64,000 bases of DNA from an uncultured Acidobacteriota bacterium. GTDB lineage: Bacteria > Acidobacteriota > Vicinamibacteria > Vicinamibacterales > UBA2999. Under the pieces are notes generated by a model. The model was not told where the DNA came from and made no database searches. It saw only the letters and a program-made list of their open reading frames with translations. Position 1 is the first letter of the stretch. The number at the start of each line of letters is the position of its first letter. Location of the stretch: assembly GCA_963742105.1 (NCBI GenBank), contig CAVUKN010000002.1, positions 79,702 through 143,701 on the forward strand, in the 5' to 3' direction. Made by a program: the position numbers and the translations under genes. Of this stretch, positions 57,392 through 64,000 are shown piece by piece.

Positions 57392-57931
57392 TCAGTGCTC
57401 GGCTCGTCCTCTCCTTACCTCTCCCTCGATCCGCTCACCTGCTTCGATGGCCTCGTTCGTCTCGAACCGGGTGGGGGCGGTGGCCGACGTGCCGAGCGCG
57501 TGGAAGAACATCGCCTCTGAGGTGGTGAGTCCAGGCACGCGCAGCATCTCCCATGCATGCTGAAGCTCGTGACCGATGGCTCCAAGCAGCCCCGCACGAT
57601 CGCGGCGTGTGTCGACGACGACGCGCAGGATGCGATTGGGCCCAGCCACGATCATGCTGTGAGTCAGGCACGCTCGGACTCCGAACTTGCACTGGCCAGT
57701 CTCGATATAGACGATGCCGTTCGTTGTCTCGATATCAAGGACCAGCCGCCGAAAGGTCTCGGAAAGCGTCGTCGCGTCGACGATGAGTCTGGCCATCACC
57801 GCATCCTCCGAACGGACGCGAGGCATCGCCGGGACCGATTGTGCCTGTGCCCAGCACGCCGTCAGCGTCGTCGTCAGAACGGCTGCGGCACGGAATAGCT
57901 GGAGACGACGGGTTCTGCAGCCTGCGGTCAT
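57392..57931 (-). CDS. Secreted hypothetical protein with HEXXH motif
   Basis: GAIGHELQHAWE; FETNEA; GGAGGT RBS. Confidence 0.75.
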   Translation of the reverse strand: MTAGCRTRRLQLFRAAAVLTTTLTACWAQAQSVPAMPRVRSEDAVMARLIVDATTLSETFRRLVLDIETTNGIVYIETGQCKFGVRACLTHSMIVAGPNRILRVVVDTRRDRAGLLGAIGHELQHAWEMLRVPGLTTSEAMFFHALGTSATAPTRFETNEAIEAGERIEGEVRRGRAEH

Positions 57932-58056
57932 CGGCGTCCACCTCCGAAGACCGCGTAATTGCGGTCCTCAGTGGCAGAGGCAGGAACGGCGCGCGAAACC
58001 TCTCATCGGGCGTTTATTGACGGTTTGGACTGGAATGCCGGCAGTAGAATCGCGCC

Positions 58057-58624
58057 ATGGCCGCCACCGCTCAGGACGCCTACGGCGCTGCTCGTTGCCT
58101 GGGGGCACGGGGACCAGGCGGCGTTCGATGCGCTGATGCCCCTGGTGCACGACGAACTGCATCAGATTGCCCGGAGACAGATGGCCGGGGAACGTCCAGG
58201 CCACACGCTGCAGGCGACCGCGCTCGTCAACGAGGCGTACCTGCGGCTGATCGAAGTGAAACGGATGCAGTGGCAGAACCGCGCGCACTTCTTCGCTATG
58301 GCCGCGCGGGTCATGCGGCGCATCCTCGTGAACGCGGCGCTTGCCCGCGGGTATCAGAAGCGGGGCGGCGGCGCGCAACGCGTGACGCTGGACGAAGGCC
58401 TGGCGGTGTCACCTGCGATCGCGCCTAACGTCGTGGCGCTCGACGATGCCCTGACGAAGCTGGCGGTCACTGAACCTCGCAAGGCGCAAGTGGTGGAGTT
58501 GCGCTTCTTTGGCGGCCTGACGGTGGAGGAGACGGCTGAAGCCCTCCATGTGTCCACCGTGACGGTGATGCGCGACTGGCAGTTCGCCAAGCTGTGGCTG
58601 TTGCGCGAGATGAGCGCCATTTGA
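58057..58624 (+). CDS. ECF sigma-70 factor (kinase-associated, planctomycete-type); probable frameshift near 58075
   Basis: HTLQATALVNEAYLRL, NRAHFFAMAARVMRRILV, VELRFFGGLTVEE, RDWQFAKLWL. Confidence 0.9.
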
Positions 58625-61466
58625 ACAAACTGGCCGACGTCGAGCGGATTTGTCTCGCCGCGCTGGAGCACCCGGCGAGCGAACGTGCGGCGTTCGTCGT
58701 CGAAGCCTGCCAGGGCGACGAGGCGCTGCGGCACGAGGTCGAGTCGCTGCTGGCGCACGCCTCGCCGGCCGAACAGTTCCTCGCGCAGCCGGCACTGCAC
58801 GCGGACGCGGCGCTCGCCGGCCTGAGCGGGCTGTCGATCGGGCAGCGCCTTGGCGCGTATCAGATCATCGCGCAGGCTGGGCGTCGGCGGCATGGGTGAG
58901 GTCTATCGCGGCCGCGATACCCGACTCGGACGCGATGTCGCGATCAAGATCCTGCCGGTCGTCTTCGCGGCGGACCCGGAGCGGCTGGCGCGGTTCGAGC
59001 GCGAGGCCCGTCTCCTCGCCTCGTTGAACCACCCGCACATCGCCGCCATCTACGGGATCGAAACCGGCCCCGAGGAAACCGGACACCAGGTGCGGGCGCT
59101 CGTCATGGAACTGGTGGAGGGCGTTGCGCTGTCGGACCGGATCGCGCGCGGCCCCGTGCCGGTCACCGAGGCGCTGGCCATCGCGCAACAGATCGCCGAC
59201 GCCCTCGCGGCGGCGCACGAGCAGGGCATCATCCATCGCGATCTCAAACCGGCCAACATCCGGCTCCGCCCCGACGGGACCGTGAAGGTGCTGGACTTCG
59301 GCCTGGCCAAGGCGCTGCCCGCCTCATCGGCACTGGCACACCCCTCGTCGGCGTTACCGACGGCTCACCTGTCCGAGTCGGGGATCATTCTCGGTACCGC
59401 CGCCTACATGTCGCCGGAGCAGGCACGCGGACAGTCGGTCGACAAGCGATCCGATGTCTGGGCGTTCGGCTGCGTCCTCTTCGAAATGCTCGCAGGCCGG
59501 AAGGCGTTCGCCGGCGAGACCGCGACGGACACGCTCGCCGCGATCATCGAACGCGAGCCGCCGTGGACGACGCTGCCAGCGTCCGTGCCCGCGAGTGTTC
59601 GACGCCTGTTGCAGCGTTGTTTCGAGAAGGATCCCAAACGGCGGCTCCGTGACATCGGCGACGCGCGCCCGGAGCTCGAGGACAGTCAGGGCGGGCAGCC
59701 TGGCCTCCCCATCGTCCCGGTGCCGTCACGACGCCGCGAGCGGCTGGCGTGGCTGTCGGGCCTCGCGCTCGTCACACTGATTGCCGCCGTGACGATCGTA
59801 TGGGCGTTGCGTTCGGCGCCAACCCTGCCCGAGACACGGTTCGATATCCACACGCCTCAGACGAGGGACCTGTCGATGGCGATCGCGCCCGACGGGCAGA
59901 CGCTGGCGTTCGTGGCGGCCTCCGAAAGTGGCCCGAGAGTGTGGCTACACTCGCTGCTTTCCGGCTCCGCGCAGCCCCTGGCAGGAACTGAAGGAGGGCG
60001 TTCTCCGTTCTGGTCACCGGACAGCCGGTTCGTTGGATTCTTCGCAGAGGACAAGCTGAAGCGAGTCGATGTCGCCGGCGGAGGAGTCCAGGTGCTGGCA
60101 AATGCACAGAACGGGTTCGGCGGAGCCTGGAACCGCGACGGCACGATTCTGTTCGGCATGTCGCCGAACGCACCAATTTTTCGCGTCTCTGAGACCGGTG
60201 GCGTGCCTGCGCCCGTGACGCCCGCAGGACAACCTGGCCAACACATTTTCCCGGCATTCCTCCCCGACGGTCGTCATTTCCTGTACTACGTCGAAGACAT
60301 CGCCGAACCCGGGATCTATGTCGGGCAGATCGACGGTGGTGAAACGCGGCGCCTGCTGGCCGCAGACTCCCCCGCGGTGTACGCCCCCTCGGGACAACTG
60401 CTGTTCATCCGGAAGGACGCGCTGTACGCGCAGAACTTCGATCCCGTGCGTCTGGAACTGACTGGAAATCCCTATCCGGTTGCGGGCGGCGCTCTGAGCG
60501 GGTCCGTGTCCGTGTCGGCGACGGGCGCCGTCGCGTATCGCCCCGGGGGGATTCGGAGTGGGATCTGCTCCGCAACAATTGATTTGGTTCGACCGGTCCG
60601 GCCGGGAGATTGAGAACGCAGGCGATCCGGTGCACTCGGGTCGGGCAAACCCCGAGATGTCTCCTGACGGTCGGCACGTTGCGCTATGGCGCATAGTGAG
60701 CGGGAATATGGATGTGTGGTCGTTCGACCTGCGTCGACGTGCGCTCAGCCGGCTGACCACCGACGCGTCGTCAGACAACAACCCGATCTGGTCACCGGAC
60801 GGGTCCCGTATCGTGTTCACCTCGGACTCGGAAGGGCACGTACTTGATCTCTACGACGATGTCGGCCACAGGCGCGGGAAGCGAAAAGCCGCTGCTGGCA
60901 ACAGGACAGAGTCTGAATCCGTCGGACTTTTCGCGTGACGGGCAGTTCCTGCTGTACAGCAGCGCCGATCCAACAACGCGGCACGACATCTGGGCATTGC
61001 CGATGCGTGGCGGGGGAAAACCGGTTTGCGGTCGTCCAGACGAGTGCCGACGAACAGCACGCGCAGTTCTCGCCGGACGGCAAGTGGATCGCGTACCAGT
61101 CGGACGAATCAGGTCGCGACGAGGTCTATCTCCAGCCGTTCCCAGGGCCAGGAGGCCGATCGACGATGTCCACCAACGGCGGCGTCCAGGTCCGTTGGCG
61201 GCACGACGGCAAGGAACTGTTCTATATCGCGCTCGACGGCCGCCTGATGGCGGTTCCGATCCGACTCTCTGCCGACGGTCACACCGTCGAGGCGGGCGTC
61301 CCGGCTGCGCTGTTTCTCACGCGCGTGTTCGAAATTCATGGAATCAACATCCGGCAACAGTACATGCCGTCCCCGAACGGCCAGAGCTTTCTCGTCGATT
61401 CGGTCACGGAAGAACCTGCTCCAGTCGCCGATTACAGTGATCCTGAACTGGAAGCCCAAGCCGTAA
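58621..61466 (+). CDS. Ser/Thr protein kinase with TM segment and PD40/TolB-like beta-propeller; about 5 frameshifts
   Basis: LGVGGMGEVY, VAIK, HRDLKPAN, DFGLAK, GTAAYMSPEQ; SPDG repeats; ends ITVILNWKPKP; pieces join near 58875, 60550, 60857, 61024, 61423. Confidence 0.88.
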
Positions 61467-61582
61467 TCTGGCAGGGTCGTCTCGCGCGTTGCGCATCGGT
61501 AATCCGTTTGATGGTGGGCTGACGGCGGCCGGGTGCGACACGGCCCGAGTGGTGTCATCGGTCGCATAACGACGATTCCGTC

Positions 61583-61708
61583 GACGAGGCATCGCCGTGA
61601 CTGGTTGTGCCTGGGCCCAGCACGCCGTGAGCGTCGCCACCAGGACGGCTGCGGCGCGGACTGGCTGGCAACGACGGGTTCTGAAGCCTGCGGTCATCGG
61701 CATCCACC
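61583..61708 (-). pseudogene. Truncated duplicate of the 5' end of gene 57392-57931
   Basis: MTAGFRTRRCQPVRAAAVLVATLTACWAQAQPVTAMPR vs MTAGCRTRRLQLFRAAAVLTTTLTACWAQAQSVPAMPR; similarity then ends. Confidence 0.8.
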
Positions 61709-62451
61709 CGATTCCAGCCTGAACTCTAGAGCGTGGCTCCGCCGTCCTCGTCATCGGATCGCGTCGGTGTCGGTGTCTTGAAAGGTGAAACACGACGCGG
61801 TTTGACGTCTTCCCGCGCATCAACCCAACTGCTCACGACGACCGCAACGACTTCGCCGTCAGTGTGGGTGTCCTCGAACTTCCACGATATCCGCTCGACG
61901 CGGAAGAGCGTCACGGTGCTGTCCTGCTGTTCCGCTCGGGCGAGGCATCCACACTCCAGCACGGCCAGGTGGCCGATGGGCGGCTGTCCGGCCATTGTCG
62001 CTCCGCGCATTCCGTCGTGGGAGCAAACGGCGAGCCGCACCGGACCGCGGCTAGACGCTGGCTCAGCGCCAAAGACTACATCGCACCAGCTTCAACCGCA
62101 GCGTGACTGATGTCACGATATCCGAGCACGGAACGACTTGGCCGATTCTGCGATTGCAGAACGGTATGACGGCACGTCTCGTTCCCGTCGTCCGCAAGCC
62201 TGCTAGTGTTGTGGCCGTGGCGTGGTGACCCGAGGCACCGCGCCACACGGCGCCAGTGCGAGTCCGTATGGCCGGAGGAAAACCGTGGCAAGTGTTTTGG
62301 CATAGCCGCCCTGTCGGGCGGCGGAGCTGAGGGGCGCGGATCAAGGCGGTTTTCCGGAGCGCCATACGGATTCGCGCTGGTGCGCTGCGGCGTACAAGCG
62401 GATCAGAACGCCTCGGCGGGGCACTAGCTCGCGGAAAACGGAAAAGGACAC

Positions 62452-62928
62452 ATGAAACCCAAAAATACAATCTGCCTCTGGTTCGACAAGGATGCACACG
62501 ACGCGGCGCGGTTCTATGCCGCCACGTTTCCCAACAGTGAAGTGACCGCTGTCCACAAGGCGCCGACGGACTACCCGAGTGGCAAGGCCGGCGATGTGTT
62601 GACGGTGGAGTTCACCGTGCTCGGGATTCCCTGTCTCGGCCTCAACGGCGGCCCGACATTTACGCATAGCGAGGCCTTCTCTTTCCAGGTCGCAACGGAC
62701 GACCAGGCAGAGACGGATCGCTACTGGAATGCAATCGTCGGCAACGGCGGCCGGGAGAGCGCGTGCGGCTGGTGCAAGGACCGCTGGGGCCTGTCGTGGC
62801 AGATCACCCCGCGCGCGCTGACCGACGCGCTCGCGGCCGGTGGCGCTGAGGCCAAGCGCGCCTTCGAGGCGATGATGTCGATGAAGAAGATCGACGTGGC
62901 CGCCATCGAGGCGGCACGACGCGGTTGA
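62452..62928 (+). CDS. PhnB-like VOC protein (3-demethylubiquinone-9 3-methyltransferase family)
   Basis: ICLWFD, LNGGP, CGWCKDRWGLSWQI, MKKIDV; AAGGA RBS. Confidence 0.93.
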   Translation: MKPKNTICLWFDKDAHDAARFYAATFPNSEVTAVHKAPTDYPSGKAGDVLTVEFTVLGIPCLGLNGGPTFTHSEAFSFQVATDDQAETDRYWNAIVGNGGRESACGWCKDRWGLSWQITPRALTDALAAGGAEAKRAFEAMMSMKKIDVAAIEAARRG

Positions 62929-62957
62929 CGACGAATGCCGCAGCAGCCTGATTCGGA

Positions 62958-63998
62958 TCAGGAGAACTCGCGCCGTGCGCGGTCGAGTGTGAGCTTCCGC
63001 TCCCGCATGAATTCGATGAATTCGCGAGAACGGCGCAGGCTGTCGAGCGCGGTGTCGTGTTCGAACAGCAGGTAGGGCGAGTACCCGCATGCGCTCGCCT
63101 CCTTCAACCACGACATCGCCTGTGCGCGATCGCCCGCGAGCGCGTAGATCTGCGCGATGGCGTAGGCGTCATGGTGGTAGAACGGGTCTTTGACCGGGTG
63201 CCTGCTCAGGATGGCTGGAACCGCCGCCTCGGCGGATTGGATGTCGCCGTTCATCGCCGCCAGCAGCGCCCTGGACGGCTGCAACTGCGATACTCCGAAC
63301 GTATCCGTTGCCGTTGGTGCGTCCATGGCGCGTTGCGCGTCGCCGAGACGACCCGTGGCGAGGAAGTACCACGGTTCGATGGGTGCGGCGGGAGTAAAAC
63401 GGCGAAATGCCGCCAACCAGTCGTCGTAACGAGCCGCGGACTCGTACGCGCCCAGCAGTTGTCCCTTCGCGAAGTCGCTCGTCGGATCGACTTCCAGCGC
63501 ACGTTGCGCGGCTCGTTCGGCCATGTCGGCCAATCCCAGGTGAGTGTAGAGGTATGCCAGCTCGCCGTGCCCGATGTTGGGGTTGGTCTGCTGCGCGGTG
63601 CGAATTACCCGAACGGCTGCCTCGAAATCGAAGTTCCCGTACCGGCTCGACAGCAGCTGAAAGCGGGCGAGCGCGGTGTCCACCATATGCGGATCGAGCG
63701 CCTCTGCGCGGGCGATTTCCTCCCGCGCGCGTTCGGCCCAGACGGTCTGCGTGGGATCGGTGAAGACGGCTTTGATTGCGAAGGCATAGGCCAACGCCGC
63801 GTGCGCCAATGCGAAGTTGGGATCGGCCGCGATTGATTGTGTGAAAAAGCCGATCGTGACGTCGCTCTGTGGTGAATTCTGCGACAGTCGTTGATCGAAG
63901 TTGTACAGACCCTTGAGATAGAAGTCGTAGGCCAGCGCGTTCGCGGTCGGCCGGCGGGCGAGCGGCGCCTGTGCGGACCCGTTGAGCCTCAGCTTGAG
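62958..63998 (-). CDS. TPR-repeat C-terminus of a larger signalling protein (5' end outside window)
   Basis: Frame open to window end; PTANALAYDFYLKG, DPNFALAHAALA, ALEVDP, LDSLRRSREF. Confidence 0.8.
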   Translation of the reverse strand, partial: LKLRLNGSAQAPLARRPTANALAYDFYLKGLYNFDQRLSQNSPQSDVTIGFFTQSIAADPNFALAHAALAYAFAIKAVFTDPTQTVWAERAREEIARAEALDPHMVDTALARFQLLSSRYGNFDFEAAVRVIRTAQQTNPNIGHGELAYLYTHLGLADMAERAAQRALEVDPTSDFAKGQLLGAYESAARYDDWLAAFRRFTPAAPIEPWYFLATGRLGDAQRAMDAPTATDTFGVSQLQPSRALLAAMNGDIQSAEAAVPAILSRHPVKDPFYHHDAYAIAQIYALAGDRAQAMSWLKEASACGYSPYLLFEHDTALDSLRRSREFIEFMRERKLTLDRARREFS

Positions 63999-64000
63999 AT

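Noticed and set aside
61726..62400. Short ORFs between the kinase and the PhnB-like gene
   Set aside because: No recognisable motifs or convincing starts; left unannotated.

Overview
High-GC bacterial chromosomal segment. Gene content (DUF6152 and partner genes, DUF1552 / PSD-PSCyt cytochrome cluster with ankyrin, ECF sigma + Ser/Thr kinase, DUF885, S46 peptidase) suggests Acidobacteriota, probably Vicinamibacteria (inference). About 60 mostly housekeeping or accessory CDSs; no rRNA, tRNA, CRISPR array or intact transposase was recognised. About a dozen single-base frameshifts, many in G/C runs, look like long-read consensus errors. Best candidate for an undescribed system: a four-gene operon at 50144-54095 encoding a stand-alone prodomain-like protein, a signal-peptide-less S8 protease with a long Lys/Glu-repeat C-terminal tail and an HFIGQELRPDLS motif, a degenerate ATP-grasp-like protein and a RimK-like ATP-grasp ligase. 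This is a putative graspetide-like or isopeptide-forming system whose substrate may be fused to the protease. Other highlights: three inverted arrays of 21-22 bp GGTGCGA/TCGCACC repeats, each between convergent genes; REP-like palindromes read in frame inside an SDR gene; a compact MTase + PD-(D/E)XK pair; an orphan IS21-like end; and many 7- and 9-mer intergenic microsatellites. All family calls come from motif recognition by eye, not database searches.
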